DNA of 64,000 bases from the human T2T-CHM13v2.0 reference genome, Homo sapiens: assembly GCF_009914755.1 (NCBI RefSeq), contig NC_060940.1; one strand, 5' to 3'. Positions 1 to 14,527 of this stretch are shown here, one piece after another. The position numbers and the translations under genes are program-made. Below the pieces are notes generated by a model. The model had not been told where the DNA came from, made no database searches, and saw only the letters and a program-made list of their open reading frames with translations. Numbering within the stretch: position 1 is the first letter of the stretch; every line of letters starts with the position of its first letter.

Positions 1-874
1 GGAGACAAGCCAAGTTGCCAAAATTGGTAGTTAAGTTGCAGGACAGACTGCAGTCATTGTCTGGGTGTGGACGGAACCCTCCTTCTTTCCCTATATGGCA
101 GATTTTATGATGTCAGGTTTCACCCAGCTCTAATTAAAAGATCCAGTTGCCCTTGTGTGCCAGGGAGCTATTTTATCTTTAGTATCTCTCTTTTTTTTTT
201 TTCAGTGACAAAACTATTTTCTTTTTACATTTTTTTCCTTCAGAAAAGACATGATACAACTGAAAAAAAAAAAGAAGGCCTTAAACATGGTGCCCCAAGC
301 TAAGTAACCTTTAAAAAAAAAAAAAAAGAAAGGAATAATACCCACTCAGTTGAAACAGGAGCATACTTTTGTAGGTTTCTCCCTTTGGCTCCTTGGCAAG
401 GCCTAGAATGAACAGTTGTTGTGAATGAGGCTATTTGCTGAAGTCTGGCTTTGTCTACCTGCGGTACCGACTCTATGGTTTTGATTGAATCGACAGTCCT
501 GTTATTTAGGGGACCCTCTCTGAGGAATCCACTCCCTGAGTCAGCAGTTTAGATGGCCGAATTGGCCATGATCCCAACATTTTCGGGAGCCTCCCAGGCC
601 GAGCCATGTGGCTCTCCTGGTTTCCAAGTAGACTCAGTATTGGGGTTATCCAAACATTTCCTTTAGGATCTGACTCCACTTCCCATGGTCTTGTGTGGGA
701 ATCATCCGTCAGGTTCACAGATCCAGAAATGCCTGTGATCTAACCTAGTACAACATGTGGCCTGAGTTTCAAAACCTGAGAGTGATGTTAATGGTTATGA
801 TGTCTTATCTCCTTCTCGCTGGAGTTTATTCATTCATGAACCCACGCAGGTTAAGATCACATGTACAGATAGCA

Positions 875-1075
875 CTGATTGAGTGATCTCTATGTGCTGA
901 GCAGTGAATCAAATGCTTTGAGTCTTACATCATTGGATTCTCCCAACAACCCTCTTATTATCCCAATTTTATGAAAGAAGACCCTGAGACTCAGAGTGAT
1001 TGATAAAAAGACTTAAGGCCAAACAACTCTTAAGGGAGGAAGCTGGACTTGGAATCTGGGAAGCCTGATGCCAGA
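875..1075 (-). mobile_element. MIR SINE fragment
   Basis: Diverged reverse MIR core (ttattatcccaattttatgaaagaagaccctgagactcagag). Confidence 0.7.
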
Positions 1076-1389
1076 ATCTGTGATCAAAAGCAGAAACCTC
1101 TACGCCTCATCCATTCTTTCCTTCAGGAAACATATTTGGATCAATTTTTATGTTTCTTTGTTTGAGAAAATGTCAAACAATGTCCCTTGATCCAACAAAA
1201 AAGATGCAGAGTGAAATCACATATAATGAAACCAATTTTGTTCTCATTAACATTATAAAGAAAGTTGAATAAAATGGTGTTATTCCAATACCTACTTTAT
1301 GTTGTTTCACTGACAGTGGCAGTTTCCAAGAACCTATAGAGACATTGAGTGATAATTAACTTTATGGTGAAATGTGATCTTCATGGAGA

Positions 1390-1974
1390 TTGTCTTTATC
1401 TTCTATTTCTATGGAACAAATTACCAAAAACAGAGATTTTAAAGGACATTCATTTACTATCTCACAGTTTCCATGGATCCGAAGTCCGGGTGAGCTTAGG
1501 GTCTTAAAAGCAAAAGTCAAGGTATTGGCTGGGTTGGGCTCTTATCTCCAGGCTCTGGGGAGGAATTTGCTTCCAAATTCATTTTGGTCCTTGGTCAAAT
1601 CCAGTTCTTTGCAGCTGCAAGGACTGAAGTGTCAGTTTTCCTCCTTGCTGTCAGCTGGGGCCACTTTCAGCTTCTAGAGACGTCTATTTGGTCCTCATTA
1701 CATGGACTTTTTCATCTTCAAAGCCAGTGATGGCTGGTCCAGTTCTCCTTGTACTTTAAATCTCACTGACTTCCCTTCTGCCTCCAGTTAGTGGAAACGC
1801 CCTGCTTTTAAAGGGCTCACCTGACTGAGTCAGGTCCACCTGCACTTTCTCTCCATATGTTAACATCACCTAATTGCATCTGCAAAATCCCTTCACAGCA
1901 GCACGTAGATAAGGGTTTCTTCAACAATCAGGGGACCAGAATCTTGGGGGCGAGCATTGGGATTCTGCCTAACA
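1390..1974 (-). mobile_element. MaLR LTR, MLT1D/E-like
   Basis: aacaaattaccaaaa...tatctcacagtttc, tccagttctttgcagctg and the end attctgcctaaca match the reverse complement of MLT1. Confidence 0.8.
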
Positions 1975-2109
1975 TGAGGTAAAATTGAGCACTGGAAGGT
2001 GGGCATATGAGCTGGGGCGGAAATGAATATCAGGGGGGCTATGCACTTAGAAGTCCCTGTCACATCCTACCCAGGCCTCCACCAGGTGGACTTATCATCA
2101 TAACCATGC

Positions 2110-2290
2110 TTCTTATCTGTCTGCTGGTCTCATTTCCCATTTGTAAAAATAGGATACGATTATTCAACACCTCACAGAGATTTTGAGAGAATTAAATGGA
2201 GAATTAAATTAAATGCTTGTAAAAGGTTTTGCACAGTATCTGGCATGTCATGGACGTTAGATAAACATTGGCTGTTATCATTACTATTAT
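2110..2290 (+). mobile_element. MIR SINE fragment
   Basis: ctcatttcccatttgtaaaaatagg...cacagtatctggcatg...ataaacattggctgttatcatt. Confidence 0.7.
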
Positions 2291-2469
2291 TATCTATGAT
2301 TATGTAATTAAAAGAAACATTATTCATACTAATAAAAATGTAAAAATAAATAAAGGGATGGTTTTAAAAGGGGGTACTTAAGCTCGTTTTCTAGGACAAT
2401 TTAGAAAGTGCCTGGGTGGGCAATCTGTTTTCAGGGGCAACCACCTCGCTTTTACTCTAACTGCACATT

Positions 2470-2483
2470 CCTCCAGGGGGCAG
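2470..2483 (+). promoter_or_regulatory. Candidate CTCF binding motif
   Basis: CCTCCAGGGGGCAG matches CCASYAGRKGGCRS at 13/14 positions, in apparently unique sequence. Confidence 0.5.
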
Positions 2484-2534
2484 TGTGTTCCACCCAGGAA
2501 GTCCTCAGAGCCACCACGCTCTAGGGATAATTAG

Positions 2535-2740
2535 GATAATAACAATAGTCAACTTAGGGCTTGTTGTACACCAGGACTCTGCTAAGAACTTTACGTATTT
2601 TGACTCAATCTTTCGCAACAAGTTTGTGAGAAGGATACTAATATTATTCCCTTTTTACGGTTGAGGAAACTGAGCCTCAGTAAAGTCTCGCAGCTCCTAA
2701 GAGGCAGGGGTGCAAACTCACCCAAGCCATCTAGTCCAGC
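2535..2740 (-). mobile_element. MIR SINE
   Basis: Core attattccctttttacggttgaggaaactgagcctcag. Confidence 0.75.
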
Positions 2741-2914
2741 CTCAGGTATTTCTCTCTCCACTTTTCCTCTCCTGCTCTTGTTTATCAAACCACTCGCTTT
2801 TCTAGACCATACCCAGGTTGCTCTTTTCTTCCACGTAGCCTTTCCACTGCCTGGGGTGCCAGCTCTCGTGTTTCCTTTCTTCTCTATTGGCCTTGCATTT
2901 TTGCTATATGCATC

Positions 2915-3208
2915 TTTTATTTGAGACGAAGTCTTGCTTTCTTGCCCAGGCTGGAGTACAGTGGCTTGACCTCACTCAGCTCACTGCAACCTCCACCTCA
3001 CGAGTTCAAGCGATTCTCCTACCTCAGTCTCCCAAGTAGCTGGGACTACAGGCATGCGACACCATGCCTGGCTAATTTTTGTACTTTTAGTAGAGATGGG
3101 GTTTCAGCATGTTGGCCAGGCTGGTTTCGAATTTCTGACCTCAAGGGATTCACCCACCTCGGCCTCCCAAAGTGCTGGGATGACAGGTGTGAGCCACCGC
3201 ACCCGGCC
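2915..3208 (-). mobile_element. Alu (AluS-like), full length
   Basis: ttgagacg...cccaggctggagtacagtggc...gagccaccgcacccggcc. Confidence 0.97.
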
Positions 3209-3984
3209 ATCTTCTTAAGTTTTAATGGGCACCCAAATGGCCCAGAAACCAGCTTTAAAAGAACACACTAATTCAAGTGGTTTGGGCATGGGGCCTGAAA
3301 CTCCACATGTCTGACAAGCTCCTAAAGAGGCTGACTGATCCATGGGCTACATCGTGAGTACCGAGACTTCCATGAGCTCCATGAGGGCAGAGATCATGGC
3401 TGTTATGTCTGCAGCCTCAATTTTCTCTTCTATAAAATGGGTATAATATCACAGTACTTTCTCCCAAGTTTAAGTCAACATTTTAAAACAAATGATGGAA
3501 AATGAGATTCCTTCTTATCCTGCTTTCTAGTTTTTCCCTTTCTCTTTTATGCACACACACACAGAGAGACACACACAAGCACACTGCTAAAGTCTCTTAT
3601 TTCTGAGTTGTTTCTTTCTCTTGTATAACCTCCAGGGATCTCTTTAAGTTCTCTCAAAACCCTTGTGGCTCTTTCTCTCTGATATTTTTAGTAATGAAAG
3701 TTCGCTTTCTAAAGTTGATTATAACCTGATTCAGCATCAACCTGCAAAAGAAAGCAGGGAATCAAAGCTTTAAATGTGAAGTGGAATTCATTGCTCAGCC
3801 TTGTTGGGAAAGCTCTTGCTCACTTACCTTTCTCCTTCAGCCCCTGGTCCTGAGGTTGAGCTATCTTCTATGGCTTTATCTTCTCTCCCTGATTCTCATT
3901 TGTATTTTCTCTCTTTGATCCTGTATTTGTCATTTGTCAGCTCAATGATACAGCTCAATGATTACATCTTAGATTGTCCCATTA

Positions 3985-5170
<1,186 letters not shown>

Positions 5171-6089
5171 CCAGACCCAAGTTTTGAAAGAGTGTCCTGT
5201 GGACCATCAGCCTCTGAATCATTTTTAGTTTGAAACCACTGATACAGATTAGAATAGTGGCAAGATAAGGTCTAATAACGAAACCAAAATGTCCTGCAAA
5301 CTTGGGGCATGAGATGAAGTTCATTCTCTTTAGAAATCAAATAACACGACTTTGATCTCTTATCATACCCCTTTCTGTACTTTCTCCTTTTGTCATAGAC
5401 CCATCCATCACTGACCAAGGAGCAAATCCATTTGAGAAAGGCCGTTCTGCCTGTTCTTTAGCCCATGCCCTAGACAGAGGTCTTGACTGGGATCTGTTGA
5501 GCCCAGAGGACATCACAGATTTTCCTAGATATTGATCCTTCCATGGCACAACCATTGTTCTCATTGCTACCACTGACACCCAGGAATGTCAACCAAGTGC
5601 CTCCACTGCAGAGGCTGGGAGCATGTGGCTGCCTGTAATCCCAAGATTCCCATCCTGATTGCGTTTCATCTCATTGCAGGAGCTAGAACTCAATCGTGTT
5701 CCCCTAGAACTAGGGCAATGTAACCACTGCTGCCACCAGCACTGGAGAAGGGAAGGGGTCGAGAAGCCCACGTGAAGAGGGGCCATGGTAAGTTCATTTA
5801 TCTCACCCCTCTGAGGCTCAGGAAAATTACCTTCAATCCTGAGTCCTAAGGTAGCCCTTTTCTTCTCTGCTCTCAAAGCCTACCTGCTAAAGAAAGTTTT
5901 GCACTTTGTGCCTCCTGGACTCCTGGACCCCAATAGTCAGTACCTCCCACCCCAATAAAAAGATCCTAAAACAGTTCACTTCTCAAGCTCTGGGGGATTT
6001 AGTATTTTCATTGGTCACTTTGCCGTAAAAGTAGAACACCAAGTCAATGCTTTTGAAAAGAAAGACCCTAGTTTAGTAGTCTAGGACTT

Positions 6090-6211
6090 TGCTGCAGAAC
6101 CCTTATTAAAATGCAGATTCTTGGGCCCCACTTCAAGTCTATGGAATCTGAATCTGCATTTTCACAGGACCTGTGGGCTATTTAGGTGCACATTAGAGTT
6201 TAGAAATCACT
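6090..6211. mobile_element. MER5-family hAT MITE fragment
   Basis: ttaaaatgcagattcttgggcccc...gaatctgcatttt...agtttagaaatcact. Confidence 0.75.
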
Positions 6212-9164
6212 AACTTGAAGATTATCAAGCTTTTCTCGACTAAACAATATAACTCTTTTAATAAGTGAAATTTTATGCAGACTCCCAGTCTATGAAAACA
6301 TAGGCGGGAGTGAGCCAAACACCCCACGCTTTCAGTTTACAACCTGGGACCTCTCCGAAGAATACGTGGAGCTCAAAGAGGCTTGGCTTGAAAACTGCTC
6401 ATCTCATTACATTTGAGAAAATGGGCTCAGGGAGGGCAGGTGACTTTCCCCATGCACAAAATCAATCAGTGGTAGGTGCAGCCTTTCCCAGGAGCAGGTG
6501 GCCTGACTTCCTAAGTGAGTACCTGTTACTGGGCCAATTATAGAAACAGACTCAATTTAGGCAAGTAGAAGAGACAGCCTCCTTCATTGCCTACCTATTT
6601 TTGAATGTCTTTCTGACCAGTCTAGATAGGATCCAATTCCCCTTTGGTCCAAGTCTCAGGCTTTCTGAATGTTTTCCAAACTTTATATTAGGGAGTTTCA
6701 CTTGAATGGAGAAATGTATGTAAAATTCTGGAAACAGGCATCACATCCCTCCACCCCATTCCATGACCGGGCTCAATAATATCACCATAAAGACTAGAGC
6801 ATCAGTCAGAGTTTCATCAACCATGGACGTGTTTACCCAGGGAGGGGAGGCTCCCGTTACCCCCTCAGTTTGCTTTTAGTTGACCCATTTGCCATTCACA
6901 GTGTGAGTCCAGGTGTGAAAAAATGATAGCACCAACGGGCCAGGAAAAGATCTGGGATGGGCAAGAACTGGGGTAGAGGGTTCTGAGTTACTTCTGGGAG
7001 GTGTAGGGTCAGCTGAGGTCACAGTTACCTTGGTGGGCAGAAAGGTTTAACATGGAGGCCAAGAACATCAACTTTAATGCTGAGCTCCGCTGGCTGAACC
7101 ATTCTCCACTTCCACCCACCATACTTCTTCTCAACTTCCAAGACTATCTAATATTTTTTCTGGGAAGCTGACCTTGGCTTTAGCACACACATCCCAGGTA
7201 AGAAATGAATAACATGCACCATTTGTTCTTCAAGTCCAACACAAACTCTTTGGTAATTAAGTGAGCTCTTTATTTGTACGCTCTTTCAGAGAAAGGATGG
7301 ATTATTCAAGTTTTTCTGAAATGTCTCTTAAGCATCTTACTTTCTCTCATTTCCAGATACCTTTTAGAAGCGTTTAAAAAATTATTACTTGGGGATTTTT
7401 GTTGTTGTTATTTTTCCCTGGCCTTCCCAAGAAACTGCAGAAAACAAGAAAAAGAAATTCCAGTTCCCAGACAAAAGCCTAAAGTTTCCGCCAACACAGA
7501 TGGCCTGACTTAAAGGAAGTTTTTCTAGTTATATATCCTTTAAAACATGTATTTAAGTGTTTCCCATGTGAAGCAAAGAGAAAGAGGAAAACAGCTCAAA
7601 ACACAGACTGAGATATCAAGTAAGATGACCATCCAAGCACAGGAAGATATTAAAATAATCATGGTTCACATGGGTTGAGGGGAGAGAACCCTTGGGGCTG
7701 CAGAGTGTAAAGAGACAGCCACGAGTTTCCCAGTGTGACTTAACACACACACTTTTCTATTCACCAAGAGATGGACACTCCATTGGAAATGATGGTAACC
7801 AGCTCTAGGCAAATCCTTCCCCTGTCTCTACCATTGCCTTGAAGGTCTGCAAGAGATACATTGACATTGCTTTTCAAAAATCTCAGAAGAGAAGCCTCCT
7901 CTTGTCTCTCCAAATTAAACCAGATGGGTTGCCGACAATCTCCCCAGCCATAGTCTCCCCCTCCTGCCCTCGCCTCTGGTCAAGAACATCATGTTCTGAT
8001 GGCTTTGGTTTGGGCTTGATGAAGGGTCCCAACTCTGACTGCCTTTGCCTCCATTTACAGCAACTGGCAGATCTTTCCTCATCCCCACTGCCCTAATGTT
8101 GGTCCTTTCGTGATTCCTAACTAGTAGTTATTCAGCTGTAATTGAGGTAGGAATCAATTCCCTGCCTTATAATCAGAGGCAACCTCTTGCCTTTCTGGGC
8201 CAACTCAGTTATCATGGGCCTCTGCAAGTTGATTCAATGCCACAGGGAAAATGTATCATTCTGGGTTTCAGTTTGGACATTTAATCTTCCCTGATTTTCT
8301 TCTTCAACCTTAGGCTATTAGGCAAAACTTGCAGGGCTCTGAGGCAAAGCAGATCTGTATTTGAACCCAGTATCTACCAATATTAGACGGGAGACCCCCG
8401 AGAAAATTCCCTATGCTCCAGTTGTCATCAGGTATAAAAAGAAATTAAAATATCAACCTCCTAAGGATGTTGTAAGAAACAAGTGAATTAATATTCTACA
8501 TGGAAAAGTGCAAAATTATTTCCATGAATATAGCCGGTTCGTCACTTAGTTGTTTGTGCTTTTTGCTGTTGCTCGTCTTTCAGTTATTTTTTGGGAAGAG
8601 TGAGAAATAGCCCAAATTCAGTGAGCTTCACACATCTATGAAATAAGCCATTTGGGGTATACATCAGACAGATTCAAACTACAGTGTTTGCATACCAGAA
8701 AGTAAGGTACACTTGCAGCATTTCACAATACATCTTCGTGTGTGCCATTTCTTTTTTGCCCAGAATCCTCTTATTTCCCTGGATAAATATGCAGTGCCCA
8801 CTTAATGTCGGGCACATTTCTAGGGGATGCGTTTATAAGCAAGGATGTGACCTCATGGGGCTTGTGTTTTATGTGTGTGTGAGGGTGGGTTCAGTCACGG
8901 AAAGACTGCCAACAAGAAAATAATCCAATAAAGGGATAATTTTGGAGTGATAAGTGTCATAAAAATAATTAAACAGAGTCATGAGGCAGAGAGTGACTGC
9001 CTGCAAAGGTTGGTGAAATCCACTTTGAAGAGGATATTTAGAGGAGGAGACGTTTAGAAATGAAGAGCTATTCTAAAACTGAGATCTCATTGGCACAGAT
9101 TGTGTGAGTATTTCTGGGAGGATAATCCCAAATAGAAGGAATAGAGAGAGCAAAAGCAGCACGC

Positions 9165-9702
9165 GGTAGCTTACTCCCAAGGGGCCTGCCAATTTGTCCT
9201 CCCTCTCTGCATGTCTACGCCTTCTCCCGGCTGAGAAGTATGGTTTATTTCTCCCTTTTTCTGGAATCTGGGCTGGCTTTGGCAAATCACTTGACCATTA
9301 GAATGGGGTAGAGGGGATATTCTGAGATTGCTGAGGTTAGGTCATAAAAAGTCCTGCAGCTTCTGCGTGGGGCCCTTGGAACACACTCGTGGGATGCTCC
9401 CCTTTGAATCCAAGCTGTCATGCTGTGGGAAGCCCAAGATTCATGGAGAGGCCTGGGGGAGATGCATCATGGGACAGGCCCAGCTGAGCTCCTAGCCCCC
9501 AGCCAGGATCCACTGCCAGTTATGTGAGGGGGCCAACTGGGCCGTCCAGTCCAGCCAAGCCTTCATGTCTCTGTAATTCCAGTAACTACCCTGAAACTGA
9601 GACACAAACACTACCCAAAGGGTAAAGTCCATCATAAACTATTAATGGAAGTCACCAAGTTTTGGGGGTGATTTGTTATGGAGCAGGAGATCATCAGAAC
9701 AC
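9165..9702 (+). mobile_element. MaLR LTR, MLT1G/H-like
   Basis: gaatctgggctggc, ggtcataaaaagtcctgcagcttctg, and 3' end ttttgggggtgatttgttatggagcag...agaaca. Confidence 0.8.
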
Positions 9703-9739
9703 AATACAACATCTCTCTGTCCTCTTAGCTTTGCCAATT

Positions 9740-10052
9740 CCTCCTTATTTTTCAATTCAGCTATTACCCCCTCAGAGGGACCTTTCTGACAACCCTCACC
9801 GAAGGTTCCTAGACATTCTCCTTTCTGCTTTCATAGAAATTTGCACATTTCATTCATAGCACTTACAGCCATTGATAATTTGCATTTACTTTGTGATTAT
9901 TTGTGATTGTCTTCCTCACTAGAGCTTATGCTTAATAATAAAGATTTACGTCTTTTGCTCCCCGTAATATCCCTACCACTGAGCATAGACCCTGGCACAT
10001 AGAGGGGTACTCAATAAATATTTGTTTTTATGAAGGAATACAGGAATGAATT
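9740..10052 (+). mobile_element. L2 LINE 3' end
   Basis: cctggcacatagaggggtactcaataaatatttg...gaatgaa. Confidence 0.75.
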
Positions 10053-10386
10053 GGTTAGCTTAGGAGTTGGGATTTGGTGGTCCAACTTAGCAGATGTTGA
10101 TAACAGACATTGTCCCTAAATATTAGTTCTTTAGTGGCCAAATCTGAGCTGAGCTTCTATCAAAGGAGGCTTATAAGTTAAAATCTCAAGTGTCCAGGAC
10201 ATGTGGTGCCCAGAAAAATTGGTAAAAGATGTTGCTGTGAAGTCTCAGAGGACTAAGAGTCCCTAACTCCATTAGACATAATTCCATTAGGCTTACACCC
10301 AAATGGAATATGAGGTGCATCCTACTCCCAGGTCTGCAACTTGAGGTTTCTTTAAACACCCCTAGCTTTCCACGCCAAAGCCATTA

Positions 10387-10390
<4 letters not shown>

Positions 10391-10417
<27 letters not shown>

Positions 10418-10436
10418 CACACACACAAACACACAC
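10391..10436 (+). repeat. Interrupted (CA)n microsatellite
   Basis: Directly visible. Confidence 0.95.
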
Positions 10437-10569
10437 CCCTCCATGGACTCTAAAACATGGCCCAGGCAATTCCTCCCGACTAACCTCCATGCCACTCTAG
10501 CTATTCTTCTGCTTTCCTGCCTGCTGCCTTTATATAACAAAAATATGTTTAAGTCTTGCTACCAGGTAT

Positions 10570-10750
10570 TACGAGCTTATTATTTATTAGGTACTGTGCC
10601 AAGTGCATTATACTCATTATCTCATCTAATCCTCTCAGAAGCCTATGAGGTACAGAGTATCTCCCAATTACAGATGAGTAAATTAAGGCACAAATTGGTT
10701 AAGAAATTTGCCCAAAGCCATGGAGCTAATAAGCAGCAGAGCCAGTCTTA
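10570..10750 (-). mobile_element. MIR SINE
   Basis: ggtactgtgccaagtgcatt...atctcccaattacagatgagtaaattaaggcaca. Confidence 0.75.
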
Positions 10751-10761
10751 AAAACAAAACA

Positions 10762-11139
<378 letters not shown>

Positions 11140-12153
11140 TCAAAAGAGAACATGCGTTTCTTATTATTTTGTCTCATCCAGTCTTCAAAACCTGGCTCAG
11201 AAATATTAATATATAATGTGGCCCTGAGCTGGACACACAACAGGACACGGCTCACAGAGATTGCCCACTGAAATTTAAGGCCAGAAAACTTCTGGCCCTG
11301 GCCATTGGACTTCCCTTCCCCACCAACGCCATCCAAGGGAAGACATCTGGATGCGTGCCACGACAGGGCCGGAGAAGCAGATCCTGCGAGACATGCTCAG
11401 GACCCTGGAGACAAGTAGCTTTAACTGAGTGCACTGTCAAGCTGACAGCTGGGAAAGAAACTTCTATGTCAAGAGAATTCCCCGAAGCACAGGCCACGTA
11501 AAACACATCAGGTGCAAAAGGGTTTTATTCTGGGTGGGCCAGTTTTGAAACTCAAAACTGATAAACATGTCTGGGAATTTGAAAGACTGACTCAGAAACC
11601 CCCGGGTCTTGGCTACACTGTTACGTGAGGGCCGTGGATCCCACAAGCAAGCGAGCTCTCATCTCTTTTGTACTTCCCTGTCTCGGCCCCTCTCCTCGTC
11701 CCCGCCCTATGTGATAGCTGCCTCATCAAGTGTGAATCATGAAACCACATAAACAGCAAGAAGGCCATCCTCCCGCCCACTTCTGGGAACATAAACAATA
11801 ATAATGTAAATACAACTTACTAAAGGCTTAAGCAAAGTGCTTAAAGGAAATCTATATTTTTTTATGTAAACTGTCTTCTGTTTACCACCGTGGAATAGTC
11901 CTTCTGCTTAACTTTGGAATCTGAGAGGAGTTTGTCATGGAAGCAAAGGGTATAACCCAGGATCAGGAGATTTTAAAGGAAAGACTGTGAAAAAGCTCAC
12001 TTTCAGATGCTCCTTCCCTGTTCTGCAATGTTGGCAAACAATAGTTCTTTGGGTGATACTTTGTTTGGTGATTGGGCATTCAAGTGAAATATCAGCATTT
12101 ATTTTGCATAGCTCTGAAAGAGCCCTTTGGAGGTAAAAAAAAAAATATGTGTG

Positions 12154-12155
<2 letters not shown>

Positions 12156-12191
<36 letters not shown>

Positions 12192-12207
12192 CAGAGAGAG
12201 AGAGAGA
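12156..12207 (+). repeat. (GT)n followed by (AG)n microsatellite
   Basis: Directly visible. Confidence 0.95.
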
Positions 12208-13219
12208 AGAGAAGGTGTCAGAAAATAATTTTAAATTTGGATGGTGCTCAAATCGTGGAAAAATTTCCCACCATCCTTCTCTCTACCTTTGTCTCAGAGC
12301 TGAATATTGATCCTAGGTGGTGATCTACATGGATAGGAGATGTCAGGCAACTTGAAAATTCTTTATTGTTGCTAACCACAAATATTTGGGGTTTGTTTTA
12401 TCTAGGTTATACTGAGAACCTGCCAGGGAAAAATTCAGACATACAAATCTTTGTGTAAACTACCTTAAGAGCCTTAAGCTGACAAAAGCCAGAGCAAAGT
12501 CTGAAATTCTGTCCTCAGAGTACCCATAATTTAGGCTCTGGCTCTTCGTATAGTGTAACAGGATTCCAGCAGAGCTTGGGTTTTCCACATATGCCATGTG
12601 AGGTTCGGGCCAGAAAAGACTTACTTTGTTCTGTGGCCTTCCCAGTGTGACGCAGACACTTTTCCAATTCTCTAAAATATCTGGGAACAGGAAGGGTGAT
12701 GGGGTAGATGGCTTCCAACACTTCTGAGCAATGATGCAGGAGTCTACCCAGTTGGGGAGGGGGTGAAAAAAGTCTCAACATTACCTCCTTTCTCAACATT
12801 CTGGACCTCTGTTTGCTAATTTAGCCCGTGTCCATTCGCCTTCTGCTGCTAAAACTTAGGCCAATCCCACTTTTACTTTCGGAAATTTAAACCTCAAGTA
12901 GAACCAGCTCTAAAAGGCAATTGCAGCTGAATTGCATCCAGTGTTTTTGTGCTAAAGAGACTGCTTTTTAATTTTTGGCTATTACCCAAGTCTCGGTGGG
13001 CCTGACCCTTCCCTATAATCTGTGAGGTACCCAATACCTTTCAACACACCCCCTATTATATGCAAAGTTCATCAGAGTTCATTTCTGTTGCTTACATTCA
13101 AATAACCCTAACTAAATCCTCCTCTGCTTCCAGGTTTTGTACTAGCAGCTGAGGATTCAATGGTGAACAAAATCTTTCTTTTGATGCTGCAAAAAATACC
13201 AAACTTTAGCTATTCGGTT

Positions 13220-13381
13220 TTTAACAAATGTTTTATTTGAAGTTTCTACTATGTGTGTGTTGCTGGGATCCAACAGTAAATAAGTCAACACAACCTCTGT
13301 CCTTATATGTCTTATTGTCTACTGGGGATAAAAGACATTATACAAGCCATCATGATACAACATAAGAATATTATGAGAGAG
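13220..13381 (-). mobile_element. L2 fragment
   Basis: aacaaatgttttatttgaagtttctactatgtg...aacagtaaataag; abuts the MST LTR. Confidence 0.55.
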
Positions 13382-13810
13382 TGCTGTGGTTTGAATGTGT
13401 CTCTCCAATTTCATATGATGAAAACTTAATCCCCAATATGGCAGTATGGAAAGGTGAGGCCTTTAAGAGATGATTATTGGGTCATTAGGGCTTGGCCCTC
13501 ATGACTAGACTGATTCATTCATGAATTAATAGGTTAATGGATTTATGGATTATCATGGGATTGGGACTGGTGGCTTTATAAGAAGAGCAACAGAGACCTG
13601 AGCTAGCACACTCAGTTCCTTCACCATGTGAAACCCTGCACCATCTCAGGACTCTGCAGAGAGTCCCACTAGCAAGAAGGCTCTCACTAGATGCAGCCCT
13701 TCCACCTGGAAGTTCTCAGCTCCCATAACTGTAAGAAATTATTTCCCTTTCTTTATAAATTACCCAGCTTCAGATATTCTGTTATAAGCAACAGAAAGCA
13801 GTCTAAGACA
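13382..13810 (+). mobile_element. MaLR solo LTR, MSTC/MSTD-like, full length
   Basis: TG...CA termini: tgctgtggtttgaatgtgtc...ctttataaattacccagc...agtctaagaca. Confidence 0.92.
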
Positions 13811-14249
13811 TAGGGAAAGTTCATGGTATAGTCAGAGCACATCTAACAGGACTAATCTCATCCTAGGACCAGGAAAGACCCTGGCCTTGATGGGCTCAGA
13901 TGTTCTCAGGGATAGTAAATTAATAGTTTGCTCTCTCACTGAGCTCAGTGAAATTGGATAAATAGCAATACCTGCAGTAACATAGGAAAATGCTAACTAA
14001 TACTGATTGCCCCTCCCTCCTGTCTTGGAAAGCTAACCTGTGGTAGAATGGGTCAAATACTTTCTGCGGTTAACCAGCTGAGCTAAGCTGACAACATGAA
14101 TGCGGGTACAGCAGTCTTCTCGTTTGCAACCCAAGAGAAAAGCCTTCAACAGACCAAGTGAATAAGCCACCTGATATTTAACCCACAGGCTTTGGTGTAC
14201 CCTAACTATGGAAGAGGAATTAAACAATTAACCAAAAAGTATAAGAATT

Positions 14250-14470
14250 ACTAACTTAAATAAGACACCTAATATGTGCCAGTCAATACTAATTTTTTCA
14301 CATTATCTCTTTTAAGTCTTATAATATAATGACATGAGGCAGGTGTTTTTATAATCATACTCATGCTTCATTGTTTTTAGCAGATAAAGCAGACTTTGGG
14401 AATATAGAAAACTTTCCAAGGTCACTAGACATTAACATCAGTTTGGCTCCAAGCCCCTTGCTTATTCCAC
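14250..14470 (-). mobile_element. MIR SINE
   Basis: cacctaatatgtgccag...tttagcagataaagcagact...tttccaaggtcac. Confidence 0.6.
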
Positions 14471-14527
14471 TACATCACAGATCCTCTCAGTTAATCAGAA
14501 TGCATATATAATATATAACCCTAACCC

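Noticed and set aside
2921-3271. 116-aa ORF and the other Alu-overlapping ORFs (4149, 4165, 10683-11133, 25057, 36094, 37465, 37882-38258, 39971, 54890, 58308, 60988)
   Set aside because: These are typical translations of Alu sequence, not genes.
7143-7197. Possible 55-nt exon (ccaag acceptor, CAG|GTAAGA donor)
   Set aside because: Isolated splice-like signals are common by chance, and there is no partner exon or reading-frame evidence.
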